Positions 40,345 through 50,510 are shown, counted from the stretch's first letter. The stretch: DNA of 64,000 nt from a virus (IMGVR_UViG_3300000756_000009:17465-81464); one strand, 5' to 3'. A program made the numbers and translations. The notes: generated by a model not told the origin, from the sequence alone.

Positions 40345-40512
40345 TTAATTATTTACATTTAGTGCATTTGTGAGTGTATAGGCATTAGAAGTACCACTTC
40401 CTAAAAAGGTATTTGTACCATTTGTAGTACGAGTACCAAGTAATGAATTTCCAAAGATAACTCCGGTGTTGCCAGTAGTAATACTAGCATTGGAAAACAC
40501 AGGAGTACTTAA
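40345..40512 (-). other. Hidden -1 frame coding extension (55 codons) reached through slippery site A AAT TTT
   Basis: The -1 frame relative to 40509..40709 is open to TAA at 40345-40347, has no ATG, and shows A/T-ending codons. Confidence 0.6.
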
Positions 40513-40709
40513 AAATTTCTGATTACAATTTGTACATTGTCAGGATTTGTGGCATATTCTTCAGGAATTTCTCTTGTGATTTTAAATACAAGGTCTTTTT
40601 CTGATTTAGCTAATACTGTGGTTGGTTCAATGATGATTTTTGAATCTACATAAACACCATCTTTGTCATTTTCATGCAGAATTACTGCATATTGGAATAA
40701 ATTTTTCAT
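40509..40709 (-). CDS. Hypothetical 66-aa protein ending in a -1 slippery heptamer
   Basis: Ends AGA AAT TTT TAA. Confidence 0.8.
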   Translation of the reverse strand: MKNLFQYAVILHENDKDGVYVDSKIIIEPTTVLAKSEKDLVFKITREIPEEYATNPDNVQIVIRNF

Positions 40710-40720
40710 TGTTATTTGGT

Positions 40721-41023
40721 TTAATTGTTTTTTACAAATTGTCCATTAACCATTTTACCGGTTCTCTTACTAATTACTTTGTATGCTGACTCAAGGCATT
40801 CCTCCAAGGTTAATCCTTGCATTTTACATTGAATAATTAATGTAACTACAATGTCCCCAATAGCATCAATGATCTCAGGACGATTGTCCTCTCTAATAGC
40901 AGTGTATAATTCATTAACTTCTTCCTGTGTTTTATCACATTGTCTAAGTGTTGTGGCATTAGCTAAAATACCTTTTTCTTCTGCCCACGCTTCTACTGCG
41001 CATTCTAATTCAAAATAATCCAT
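40721..41023 (-). CDS. MazG-like nucleotide pyrophosphohydrolase
   Basis: KTQEEVNEL...IIDAIGDIVVTLI...LEECLESAYKVISKR pattern. Confidence 0.8.
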   Translation of the reverse strand: MDYFELECAVEAWAEEKGILANATTLRQCDKTQEEVNELYTAIREDNRPEIIDAIGDIVVTLIIQCKMQGLTLEECLESAYKVISKRTGKMVNGQFVKNN

Positions 41024-41042
41024 GTTTTTTTCTTTTTTTTAA

Positions 41043-41456
41043 TTAATCAGGTACAATAATATTATTAATACCTCTGTATTCCAACTCTTTTGCAATAATT
41101 TGTTCCATCCAAGATGCCATTCTACCTGACATATTTTTAATGATGTTTACAAGATGATCATTAGACATTTCTGCTACTGATTTATATGATAAAGGTGATT
41201 TACCATCTTTACCTCTGTTGCCCCAATAAGAAAAATCCCGGTTAACAAGATGATCTTCTGATAAATATACAGTAAAACTTGTATCAACTAAATCAAGGTT
41301 TACACCTCCATAACGTTGATAATTGTTACCTCCATCTACCATTGTTTTATTAGGACAACTGCATGTTTTATAATCATGCCCATAATAAGAAGTTAATATC
41401 TCCTTACATTCTTTACACTGAACTCTGTTTAGGATTATTTGTTCTAGTCCATTCAT
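41043..41456 (-). CDS. Zn-ribbon-containing hypothetical protein
   Basis: NRVQCKEC...HDYKTCSC..TMVDGG. Confidence 0.7.
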   Translation of the reverse strand: MNGLEQIILNRVQCKECKEILTSYYGHDYKTCSCPNKTMVDGGNNYQRYGGVNLDLVDTSFTVYLSEDHLVNRDFSYWGNRGKDGKSPLSYKSVAEMSNDHLVNIIKNMSGRMASWMEQIIAKELEYRGINNIIVPD

Positions 41457-41458
41457 AA

Positions 41459-41617
41459 TTAGTTTAGTTTAATTCTATAACCCCATTTAGATGCGGCCAT
41501 ATACTCTTCAAAATAACAATCCTGCCAGTAATAAATCATTTGACCAGCTTTGCGGTCATAAAAACCTACTCTTGTGGTTTTGACCATTGTAAATCTACTT
41601 ATTAAATTTTTTATCAT
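41459..41617 (-). CDS. Hypothetical 52-aa protein (not in ORF track)
   Basis: MIKNLISRFTMVKTTRVGFYDRKAGQMIYYWQDCYFEEYMAASKWGYRIKLN fills the gap. Confidence 0.65.
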   Translation of the reverse strand: MIKNLISRFTMVKTTRVGFYDRKAGQMIYYWQDCYFEEYMAASKWGYRIKLN

Positions 41618-41622
41618 AATAT

Positions 41623-42045
41623 TTATCTATCACATTCAACAAAGGATTCCGGATACATTTTCAATGCCTCAAGGTATCTTTCTACAAAAGGAATAAAGTG
41701 AACATATAAACCCCATCCATTTGGTGAATCAAAGGTTCTGTAGTGTTCTGGTCTTGCTAGCATATCTTGTAAACCTTTTTCAATAATAAGAATTATTTCA
41801 TATGCTTTTACAGGATTTTCTTCTTCAAACTTATACTCAGCATCATAATCATCTTCAGAAATATTATATCCTTCTTTTAATTGATAAGGTCTCCAAAGAG
41901 CTTTATATATTCCGGCTGCTGCAGCCATTGTTCCCAAGTTATGGGTTATGTTAGATGAATACAAAGATTCTCTTTTTGGTTCTAAAGTTTTACCTCCGTC
42001 ATAACTGACGTGATAATTTCTGTACAAAGTTACGTCTAAACTCAT
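41623..42045 (-). CDS. Hypothetical protein
   Basis: 140 aa with NITHNL and SPNGWG motifs common in phage hypothetical proteins. Confidence 0.75.
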   Translation of the reverse strand: MSLDVTLYRNYHVSYDGGKTLEPKRESLYSSNITHNLGTMAAAAGIYKALWRPYQLKEGYNISEDDYDAEYKFEEENPVKAYEIILIIEKGLQDMLARPEHYRTFDSPNGWGLYVHFIPFVERYLEALKMYPESFVECDR

Positions 42046-42701
42046 ATTAATTTTTCTTCAATTAAAACTTCTCTAACTTTTTTTACAAGTTCTTCCATGG
42101 TGCCATCATTGATGATTTCATAGTCAAATACAGCTTTATCAAGAGCTGTTTCTGATGAATGTAATTTTGCAGTATTTTTACTTTTTTCAACAGGTCTTGT
42201 TACTCTAATGGTTATACCGTGTCTTTTTTCTACAGCATCTAGTTCATTAGGAAATCTTATGTCTGTAATAATCCAGTTGGGATATTCTTTTACATACTCT
42301 TCATCTTCTACTTTACGTCTAGATTCTTTGTAATCAACAAACAAAGCATTAACCCATACATTTTTATGTAAACCTTCACGCATTGCTTCTGTACCAAGTT
42401 TTTGAAGAAATTCTCTTACACTCATCATAACATTAAACTGCATGTCAGCAAATGGTGGTATTGCATTAAGGGGTACATCTTGTACTGTTCCCCATTCAAC
42501 ATCTAAAAGATTTGTTTTAAATTCTTGGTCTTCAAATTTCTTTACAGGAATGCCTGTAAGCATTGAAGCAATTTGTTTCAGTTTGCCTCCAAACTTTTTA
42601 ATTTCAAAAAATTGATTTTTGTTTGTTAAAAGCAATTTTTGAATTATTGTACCAACTGTATCTTTGCCGGCACCTATTTTTCCATTTATTCCTATTATCA
42701 T
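42042..42701 (-). CDS. Deoxynucleoside monophosphate kinase
   Basis: MIIGINGKIGAGKDT P-loop, RELLQ-like REFLQKLGTE, ITDIRFPNE and HSSE motifs. Confidence 0.88.
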   Translation of the reverse strand: MIIGINGKIGAGKDTVGTIIQKLLLTNKNQFFEIKKFGGKLKQIASMLTGIPVKKFEDQEFKTNLLDVEWGTVQDVPLNAIPPFADMQFNVMMSVREFLQKLGTEAMREGLHKNVWVNALFVDYKESRRKVEDEEYVKEYPNWIITDIRFPNELDAVEKRHGITIRVTRPVEKSKNTAKLHSSETALDKAVFDYEIINDGTMEELVKKVREVLIEEKLI

Positions 42702-42991
42702 TGTGGTGGTTTTTTAAATTTTGGACTACAACCTAATAATATACCTCTTGATGTAGCTTCTTTACGCCACTTGGGTATTTTTAGGTCTTTCAAATGTCTC
42801 ATGACAATCTCTTCATATACGTCTGGATCAATTAAATAATCATTGTATGGAATAATCTTTTGACCCCGCTCATTTAATTCTGCAGATTCAAGTAAATAAT
42901 TCCAACTCACAGATGGTTCTGACACAGCATACAGTTCTGTATATATGCTGGTCACAACATCTTCTATTTTTTTATCTATTGCTTTAGTCAT
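42698..42991 (-). CDS. Hypothetical protein
   Basis: 97 aa, coupled to its neighbours. Confidence 0.7.
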   Translation of the reverse strand: MTKAIDKKIEDVVTSIYTELYAVSEPSVSWNYLLESAELNERGQKIIPYNDYLIDPDVYEEIVMRHLKDLKIPKWRKEATSRGILLGCSPKFKKPPQ

Positions 42992-42995
42992 AACT

Positions 42996-44987
42996 TTAAA
43001 ATAATCTCAATTGATTTGATGATACAGTTAAAATATTGTTTATTTCATTTTCAACAGCCTGAATATAATAACCTTTATCAATGTTGTATGAATCCCATTT
43101 AGGTTCCATTTTCATTTTATTAAAGATTGTTTGTATCCATTTACCTGCTTCTAACTGTATTTCTCTTTTGTCAACTTGGTTAACTTTTATAATTTTAACT
43201 CCTCCTTTAGATACATAATATCTATTAATTTTTTGAAGTTTATCTTCTACAAAATCACCTTCTTTAATAGATCTGGCCACACATTTCCAATCACCATTAG
43301 ATTTACTTCCAATACAATAATCAAGTATGTTTTTGTTTTGCTCTAAATATTCTTCAGGAAGAACATTGTGCACAAAATACTGATAAATTGCTTTTGGTAT
43401 AACCAACTTAGATTTGTTTTTGTGTAGCTGTAAATTATGAAAATCAAATCTACCCTTCAACTTTACAGATGCATAACTAAACTTATCATTTTCCACTTTA
43501 AATAAATAATGCGGGTCTGATTGTTTGATTTCTCTCCATTTAGTAATGTTAACTTCTTTATAGTTATTAATACCAATGTAATTATTTACATCTCCTAGTA
43601 CCAATTTTTGGTATTGATCATGTTCCAAAGACAAATTAGTGGTTTCCTCCCATTCTTTGCAGATAAGCATATAGTCATCATAATGCTTTCTAGGTATCAA
43701 TGTTTCAACACCATCTGTATTATGTAATAATGCAACTGCACCGGGGATTCTTTCCATAATTTGCTCATAAAGCATCATCAAACTCAATTGACCATTAATT
43801 GTGATTCTCATACACAACTCAGGATCATAAAAGAAGCTGTTTTCATCATTGCTAAGACCAAAAGTAGAGTTAAGTATAATCTTGTATACATAATTCATTG
43901 GATTGCTCTTAGGGATCTTCTTACGCTCTTCAAAGAACCATTCATATTGATCACAGAACGCATCACTAGGAAAGTGTCCTGGAGACCATCTATTTCTGAT
44001 TGCAAGATTAGGGTAAAAACTGGTAACATCTGAAGAAACTATAATCATATCTTCAGTGCTTTCATAAACACCTTTATTTCTTGCACCATGCACACCACCT
44101 AAACCAAAATCTGTTTTCACATTTTTATAGTTAACGCTGTACTTGAAACTACCTTTAAGATTCTTCCCATTTATTTCTAATGCATTAAATCTTTGTAGTA
44201 AAGTACTAAATTCATTAGAGCTAAACTTGATGTAAGGTAATATGATGTCTTTGATTTTAATAATATCTCTGGGTGTTCTTAGATCCCTCAATTCTTTTTT
44301 AGGAATATTTAGTTTTTTAGATAAATAGTATCCAAAAATTTCTTTACTAATTCTTGGTTCTGATGCACTAAATAGATTGATATCATATGTTTTGGTTAAC
44401 TCTTTTCTTAAACCTACCTGTGATTTAGATCTGTTATATATTTCTTTAGTTGACCTTACATCATTAATACAGTATTCTAGTATTGTATCAATCTCCTCTT
44501 TTGTAGTTATTGCTGACTCATGGTGAATAGGCATTTCAAGAATGTTATCCCAATCCATGCTATATTGGATCCATTTCAAACTAGAACGCTTTGCTGGGTT
44601 GTCCCAGTGATGCATTTTAAAGATATCTATTTGACCAATTGACATTTTCCATGGAGAATAATCAGCAAATTCCTTTTTGTGGCTTTTTTCTATAGCTCTT
44701 TGTGCACATCTATAAATAATATTTGCAATTTCACAACCTGTAAAATCACGCCAATCATTATAATTGTCCAATATAAAATGTGTTATTTGAGCATCAAAAG
44801 CTAACCCATTGTAAGATATATGCCACTCTTTGTTGGCTATATTTGTATTTAAAAAACTTACAAACTCATCCAGATCATTTTGCAGGTCATGAATAACAAA
44901 GACTTTTGTTTCCATAGTCTTATAATCTTCAAATACACCTGTAAAACAATTAGATAATGTTTCATAATCCATCACCCAATGCTTCAT
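42996..44987 (-). CDS. polB: Family B DNA polymerase with 3'-5' exonuclease
   Basis: ExoI DYET, YNGLAFD, motif A SDVTSFYPN, motif B KIILNSTFG and motif C NTDG. Confidence 0.92.
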   Translation of the reverse strand: MKHWVMDYETLSNCFTGVFEDYKTMETKVFVIHDLQNDLDEFVSFLNTNIANKEWHISYNGLAFDAQITHFILDNYNDWRDFTGCEIANIIYRCAQRAIEKSHKKEFADYSPWKMSIGQIDIFKMHHWDNPAKRSSLKWIQYSMDWDNILEMPIHHESAITTKEEIDTILEYCINDVRSTKEIYNRSKSQVGLRKELTKTYDINLFSASEPRISKEIFGYYLSKKLNIPKKELRDLRTPRDIIKIKDIILPYIKFSSNEFSTLLQRFNALEINGKNLKGSFKYSVNYKNVKTDFGLGGVHGARNKGVYESTEDMIIVSSDVTSFYPNLAIRNRWSPGHFPSDAFCDQYEWFFEERKKIPKSNPMNYVYKIILNSTFGLSNDENSFFYDPELCMRITINGQLSLMMLYEQIMERIPGAVALLHNTDGVETLIPRKHYDDYMLICKEWEETTNLSLEHDQYQKLVLGDVNNYIGINNYKEVNITKWREIKQSDPHYLFKVENDKFSYASVKLKGRFDFHNLQLHKNKSKLVIPKAIYQYFVHNVLPEEYLEQNKNILDYCIGSKSNGDWKCVARSIKEGDFVEDKLQKINRYYVSKGGVKIIKVNQVDKREIQLEAGKWIQTIFNKMKMEPKWDSYNIDKGYYIQAVENEINNILTVSSNQLRLF

Positions 44988-45004
44988 ATTTTATTTATTA
45001 GAGC

Positions 45005-45033
45005 AAAAAAAAAGACATACGCTAATACATCTT
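45005..45033 (-). terminator. Intrinsic terminator candidate upstream of polB
   Basis: On the - strand, AAGATGTA-TTAGCG-TATGTCTT followed by a T run. Confidence 0.5.
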
Positions 45034-45058
45034 CTTTTTTAATTAATGATTTATTAGA

Positions 45059-45475
45059 TTAAGCTGACAATATGATGCTAGATTTTTTTGTTTTTTTGGT
45101 ATCAACAAAAAATGCTTTATAATCAAATGTAGATGCATTAATAGCAAACAAATGAATGAACTGCTCAATATCTAAAGCATCAGCTAAATAAAACTCAGAA
45201 AAAGTATCCACTAATCTTCTTTCTTCTTTAACTGTTTTACCAGTCTGTGGATTTGGATTTTTTAGTCTAATAGGTTGACCATCCTCATCTAGTTTTGCAA
45301 CCATGTGATAGGATTGTTTCATTACCTTGCTAATTACAGCTAAAATGCCTGACGCAGGGTCATACATAGCTTCAACATATGGTGAGTCATTACTCACAGG
45401 AATCATGGTAAAAGATTTGGCATTTCTGAAACTAGATGTTACCAGCATCATGTTCTGCCCAATTGTTTGTGACAT
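45059..45475 (-). CDS. Hypothetical protein
   Basis: 138-aa ORF with a promoter-like element upstream. Confidence 0.75.
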   Translation of the reverse strand: MSQTIGQNMMLVTSSFRNAKSFTMIPVSNDSPYVEAMYDPASGILAVISKVMKQSYHMVAKLDEDGQPIRLKNPNPQTGKTVKEERRLVDTFSEFYLADALDIEQFIHLFAINASTFDYKAFFVDTKKTKKSSIILSA

Positions 45476-45485
45476 ATTATTGGTT

Positions 45486-46067
45486 TTAATTTTTCAAAGA
45501 TATAGAACTATTTTTGATTTTCTCACAAAATAGTTCACTTTTTTTAAAGTAAAGAGTCTCTTTATCTAAATCTGGGATACTGCAAACTTCAAAAACCTCT
45601 TCAATTTGTTTTAAAGGAACATCTAAGGCTTCTGCATAAAGTTTATGTGCTGAATTAGGAGATAAAAACAAATTAATGTATTCTGAAATATTACCTTTAT
45701 TACCAAAAAAATCTAAGATTATGATTTTTGTATCTAAAGTAAACTTAGAATACTGTCCATCAAGAAATCTTTTAAAATCTGATTTATATTGGGTAAAATC
45801 AAAGATGAATACGTGTCTATTTTCATCAATCTGTACGTATTCATAAAACAATGGGTGCTTTTTGAGATATGAATTGCAGAACAATTCAAACTTTTCAGTT
45901 GTACCTACATTGTACTCACACAAAAACTTATTTTCATTAACAGTAATCACGTGCTCCCAGCAGACATAAGTCTGCACGGGAACAAATGATAAACCTGATC
46001 TAAACCTTAATAAAGGATAAAGAAATACTTTGCTTTTTTGAAAATAATCAGTGTATACACCCTTCAT
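45486..46067 (-). CDS. Hypothetical protein
   Basis: 193 aa (YFQKSKVFLYPLL), coupled to the exonuclease gene. Confidence 0.8.
   Translation of the reverse strand: MKGVYTDYFQKSKVFLYPLLRFRSGLSFVPVQTYVCWEHVITVNENKFLCEYNVGTTEKFELFCNSYLKKHPLFYEYVQIDENRHVFIFDFTQYKSDFKRFLDGQYSKFTLDTKIIILDFFGNKGNISEYINLFLSPNSAHKLYAEALDVPLKQIEEVFEVCSIPDLDKETLYFKKSELFCEKIKNSSISLKN
45495..45502 (-). promoter_or_regulatory. Bacteroidota-type -7 element TATCTTTG
   Basis: Matches TAnnTTTG about 20 nt upstream of the ATG at 45475. A TTTG lies 23 nt further upstream. Confidence 0.5.
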
Positions 46068-46069
46068 AC

Positions 46070-47074
46070 TTATAATTTAATGTTTCCTAGAAGGAAATCA
46101 TATGGTAAAGAATAATTTTTTTTTGTATAATGATAACTAGCTCTTTCAATCACATCTTCTAAAGCAACAGCCCAACCGTTTAATGTTTCATCTGTTACAT
46201 CAAAAACATATACTTGATTGTACTTATCTACAACAACAAATTTAAACAAAATATTGTATTCTTGTTCAGTTTCAGCCAAATTTGCAAAAACTAATTTGCA
46301 ATATATAGCTGCTTGTAACCAATAATTATAAAAATCAATGGTTTCTTTGAAGTCTGAAATAGTTTTACTTGTTGTCTTGAGGTCACAGATTGTGACCGTC
46401 TTTGTAGAGTGATTAATTTTATAATAATCCAAGTAACCATGAAGGCCAAAAGGCTTATCTAATAAATCAGATGTTAAGTACTTTTCTGCATGTGTTTCAA
46501 TAGGGTCTAACTCAAAATCAGTTTGAACATCTTCAAACAAAGCCATTACGTCTTTGTTACTTTTAATGTTTTCAGCCTGATCTTTACATTTTGCTAGCGT
46601 ATCTCCATCAATTGCATCTTTACTGCTATTTTTTAGATATTCCCAGTAAGACTCATTATCTGCAGTTTGAATTTTTTCTAACCTTGCATCATCTAACTTA
46701 AGTGTTTGATATAAGTTCTGGTCAATCAATACCTGTAATATTTCTTGTTGAAATGTAGGGTCTTGACTTAATAAACTTGAGTCACGGTTAGTTGTAGTAT
46801 TATACAATGCAGTTAATACTTTGATATTACTATCTGCAGGAAGCTTACCAGGTAAGATGTTAAACTTATCATTAAGTTTATCCTCTTCAAATAGGAGACA
46901 ATGAATCAATTTACCTTCAACTAAGTGTTTGTCAGTTCTGATCTCACGGTCTTCTAAAATATAATCCTTATAAAATAAGGAAGGTGAAAACAATAGTTTA
47001 TTCAGTGATGAATAACTAAATTTAAAGTTTTCATTTGCATAAAACTTTTCTTCTTTTGTTAAATCTGTATACAT
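46070..47074 (-). CDS. PD-(D/E)xK (RecB/Cas4-like) exonuclease
   Basis: FSYSSL N-terminus, E..L, GYLDY..ICDLKTT and YWLQAAIY motifs. Confidence 0.85.
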   Translation of the reverse strand: MYTDLTKEEKFYANENFKFSYSSLNKLLFSPSLFYKDYILEDREIRTDKHLVEGKLIHCLLFEEDKLNDKFNILPGKLPADSNIKVLTALYNTTTNRDSSLLSQDPTFQQEILQVLIDQNLYQTLKLDDARLEKIQTADNESYWEYLKNSSKDAIDGDTLAKCKDQAENIKSNKDVMALFEDVQTDFELDPIETHAEKYLTSDLLDKPFGLHGYLDYYKINHSTKTVTICDLKTTSKTISDFKETIDFYNYWLQAAIYCKLVFANLAETEQEYNILFKFVVVDKYNQVYVFDVTDETLNGWAVALEDVIERASYHYTKKNYSLPYDFLLGNIKL

Positions 47075-48225
47075 TCTTTTTTTTCTATTATTGAGTTTTT
47101 ATATTTGTCTACTAAGTAAATAGATTCTAGATCTATTGAGAATACATTATTTTTACAACCAAAAGTATTTCTAATTACTGAATCATACATTTTTTTGATT
47201 GTTTTTTTTACAATAAAATCTGTCATTTTATTTTCAACTTCTAATAATGTAATATACTGATCATAAGCCCACTGACGGTTATTGTCTTTACTACCGGAAA
47301 ACTTCTCAAGTCTTTTACGTAATGTTTTTACATTGATGTTATTCCAGTTGTTAGTGTCTTTGAACCAATCATAATACCAAAAGAATAAATAGCTGACAAT
47401 ATCAAAAGACTCTTCAACATTGCAATTAGCTAGCATTTCTACGGCTAAAGTTCTGTTGTCTCTGTCTTCACTTGTAATCATTTTTAATACCTGATCAAAT
47501 TGATCCTCACTTATTACAGCTAAATCTTCTGATATGATTTTATTGATTTCAACATCTCTTACAATTAATGCTGTTGCACTACGTAAATTATCATAAATAG
47601 CAACATTATCACCTTTAATAATCATATCTTTATTACCTTGACGGTCATAAGTAGATAATTTACTAGTAATATCATCTCCTACGGGTGATTTATATGTATA
47701 TTGTTTAACAATATTGATTCTAATGTAAGAATCTTTTTCTATTACAGATAAAATATCCTTACATTTATCTAATCCAGACTCAGTTAACTGATCGTTTTGT
47801 TTTAAAGCAGTAAATACTTCAAACATTTGAGCATATGTAATTGAATTTCCCCAATCAAGTGTAAGTAAATTAGCAATTAATTTATCTGACACAATATGTA
47901 TATCTGCACTATCAGCATCTCTAATGATTTTTACATTAAATTTTGTTTTAAGCAGATCTACCTTTTGTCTTGGTAATTCTAAATTTGGATATCTATATAT
48001 TTTTTTATCTTGTAGATCAATTGTTTTATTTAAACTGGTTATATTCAGTAGATCAAGTTCTTTATCATTGGGATACCAATTTTCTGATCTACCAAAATAA
48101 TAACCATCTTCTTCTAAATTAAAACATTGAACACCCAGTCTTTCTTTTCCGTTAGACCAGGTTGAATGCTCAGTTGAAACTGTTATTTGTAGTTTATAAT
48201 GTTTTTTTTGATTTTTATTTTGCAT
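47059..48225 (-). CDS. AAA+/VWA-associated protein, paralog B
   Basis: 388 aa sharing two aligned blocks with 48215..49237. Confidence 0.75.
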   Translation of the reverse strand: MQNKNQKKHYKLQITVSTEHSTWSNGKERLGVQCFNLEEDGYYFGRSENWYPNDKELDLLNITSLNKTIDLQDKKIYRYPNLELPRQKVDLLKTKFNVKIIRDADSADIHIVSDKLIANLLTLDWGNSITYAQMFEVFTALKQNDQLTESGLDKCKDILSVIEKDSYIRINIVKQYTYKSPVGDDITSKLSTYDRQGNKDMIIKGDNVAIYDNLRSATALIVRDVEINKIISEDLAVISEDQFDQVLKMITSEDRDNRTLAVEMLANCNVEESFDIVSYLFFWYYDWFKDTNNWNNINVKTLRKRLEKFSGSKDNNRQWAYDQYITLLEVENKMTDFIVKKTIKKMYDSVIRNTFGCKNNVFSIDLESIYLVDKYKNSIIEKKECIQI

Positions 48226-49237
48226 ATTTTAAATATTCTGGTTTTACTTGTACTTTAAATACATACAAGTCTCTGTTACTAATGTGAATTTCTTTTCTAA
48301 CAATTGGTTCTAAATATTTAAAACTTGTTGAATTAAGCTTTTCATTTACTTCTAACCAAAGAATCATATCATGTGCACTCTTTCTAGAGAATCTATTAAA
48401 TTCAGATTGTTCTAACCAATACTGGACATCTTTATCTCTTCTAAAGTGATACATATAACGTTCTGCTTTTTGTGCAAACTCCCATAGTAAATGATAGTTT
48501 TGTAAGTAATCAATTGTTGGAATAACTTTTGCAGCTATAGCTCTATCTTCATCACTGTAGGATTGTAAATACTTTTGTATATCTTCCAATAGTGTTTCAT
48601 CTAAAACTTGTTTGTTAGCTGATTCATAAATTACTGTATCCACATTAATTGTTCCTATCAAACCTAATTCAATTTTATGAGCAAGATTTAAAGCCATGCC
48701 GGTAATCATCCATTCATCATATAATGAATCACCAGTATTGCAATGATGAAATCTTACTTTGCTAGCTAAATTACCATCATAAATTACATCTTTAGGATAA
48801 TTATCTACAATTAAGACTGCACCATTTGTTTCTTGAAGTGTATTATAGTTCCATAACTTGGCCATTAATACAGTTGACTTAATGTTTTCCCCACTTTCAA
48901 ATCTTTCATAGATATCTTCATGGGTAATAATTAAATCAGCTAATTCATAATCATTTGTTACAGTTATACCATGTTCTTTTAAGGCAGATTTGATTCTATC
49001 TAATGAAACATAACACTTGGGTAATACAAAAGCTTTCTTTTTGGTTTTAAAAGTTGTACTATCTTCAGTACTAGTTGTCAATATATTTTGTATTTTTTTG
49101 AATGTTGTTTCATCTTGAGTAACTAATACTTCTTCAATCACATTGGATGATAGCACCCCATAATATGGGGCACTATCTAATCCAAAGTAATTTAAAGCAC
49201 CAGTACCATATGATTGATAAACTGATTTACTTGCCAT
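48215..49237 (-). CDS. AAA+/VWA-associated protein, paralog A
   Basis: 340 aa sharing two aligned blocks with 47059..48225. Confidence 0.75.
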   Translation of the reverse strand: MASKSVYQSYGTGALNYFGLDSAPYYGVLSSNVIEEVLVTQDETTFKKIQNILTTSTEDSTTFKTKKKAFVLPKCYVSLDRIKSALKEHGITVTNDYELADLIITHEDIYERFESGENIKSTVLMAKLWNYNTLQETNGAVLIVDNYPKDVIYDGNLASKVRFHHCNTGDSLYDEWMITGMALNLAHKIELGLIGTINVDTVIYESANKQVLDETLLEDIQKYLQSYSDEDRAIAAKVIPTIDYLQNYHLLWEFAQKAERYMYHFRRDKDVQYWLEQSEFNRFSRKSAHDMILWLEVNEKLNSTSFKYLEPIVRKEIHISNRDLYVFKVQVKPEYLKYAK

Positions 49238-49238
49238 C

Positions 49239-50510
49239 TTATTTCATTGTCATTTTGATGATATCTGGATTCATCATCATTTTGTTAAACTTCTGTTTGT
49301 TACCATTAAAAATTGTACGTACAATTAGATACTTAAGATCATTTGTAAAATAGTCTTTAGTACAAAGAGAGATCAATCTATCAGTCACTTTTTGATTTAC
49401 AGTATTGTCTTTACTGTAAACAACTGAATAGTTAGCCAATCTTGTTGCTAATGTAGCAGCAATATCTGCGCGGTATGAATCATCTTTACCAATACAACTC
49501 CTTAACTCACCAAGAATATATGATTCATTATCATGAGTCAACAAATCTTTAGGTGTTACCAGTTTATCAAGTTTGTTATTAATAAATGTAGTAAACATAG
49601 AAGCAAATGTATCTCCAACAGAACCTTCACCAATCATTTGAATTAATGATAGGTTTGATTCAAAGTTATCAAAGCTAGATATAGCATTGAAAAACGTTGT
49701 AATAGATCTTGCATTTGTTTCTAAAGTAACTAACTCCGGGTGTAACAACAAAAAGTTGATACATCTTGAATCAATACCCGCTTCTTCTGCCCATTGGGCC
49801 CATACATTAACATCAAACTTAAGGTTTGCTGTAACATATCTGGTCTTTTGTGCAGCATCTACTGAGTTTACCATATACTCACCATTGTCTGGGTTTGCTG
49901 TTAATATGATATGCCAATCTTTTGGTAATGTCCAAGAGATATAGGTTTGTCTATCTATTAACTCCATAACTGCTTGAATAAATCTTGTGTCAGCTCTATT
50001 CCAGTCATCTAGTAATAAGATACCACCTTCTTTTTTATCAGCAATCCACTCTGGTGGGCAATAAGACATCCTGTTCTTACCTGTCATTTTATATCCTGTT
50101 TTAAGATATTCTTGAACTGCAAGTTCATCAACCCATAATCCAACTTTTTTAGTTACTCCTGTTTGGATGTTGGCAATGTCTGATGATGCAGCTGTTCTTT
50201 GTGCTGCAGTATAGGATAGGTCATCTATTTTTGGTTCTGAAACTCTTGTTTCTTTATACATTTGAAATTGACGTACTGGGAATCCAACTAAGTCACCCAA
50301 CTCTTCTATCTGTGCAAGGTTAACCTTTACAAAGTTTAAGTTGTTTTCTTTAGCTAGCTCAACAATGGTAGATGTTTTACCAATTCCTGATTCTCCTAAT
50401 ACTTCAATTGATACAGATTGTTTACCTTGTGCTTGTAAAAATCTGTTGTTTGTAATAATGTGATTTACAAATCCTTTTAATTCTGTAACGTTTAAGTTTA
50501 CTTGTGCCAT
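49239..50510 (-). CDS. MoxR-like AAA+ ATPase
   Basis: Walker A GESGIGKT, PPEW, Walker B LLLDDWNRA, LTANP. Confidence 0.85.
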   Translation of the reverse strand: MAQVNLNVTELKGFVNHIITNNRFLQAQGKQSVSIEVLGESGIGKTSTIVELAKENNLNFVKVNLAQIEELGDLVGFPVRQFQMYKETRVSEPKIDDLSYTAAQRTAASSDIANIQTGVTKKVGLWVDELAVQEYLKTGYKMTGKNRMSYCPPEWIADKKEGGILLLDDWNRADTRFIQAVMELIDRQTYISWTLPKDWHIILTANPDNGEYMVNSVDAAQKTRYVTANLKFDVNVWAQWAEEAGIDSRCINFLLLHPELVTLETNARSITTFFNAISSFDNFESNLSLIQMIGEGSVGDTFASMFTTFINNKLDKLVTPKDLLTHDNESYILGELRSCIGKDDSYRADIAATLATRLANYSVVYSKDNTVNQKVTDRLISLCTKDYFTNDLKYLIVRTIFNGNKQKFNKMMMNPDIIKMTMK

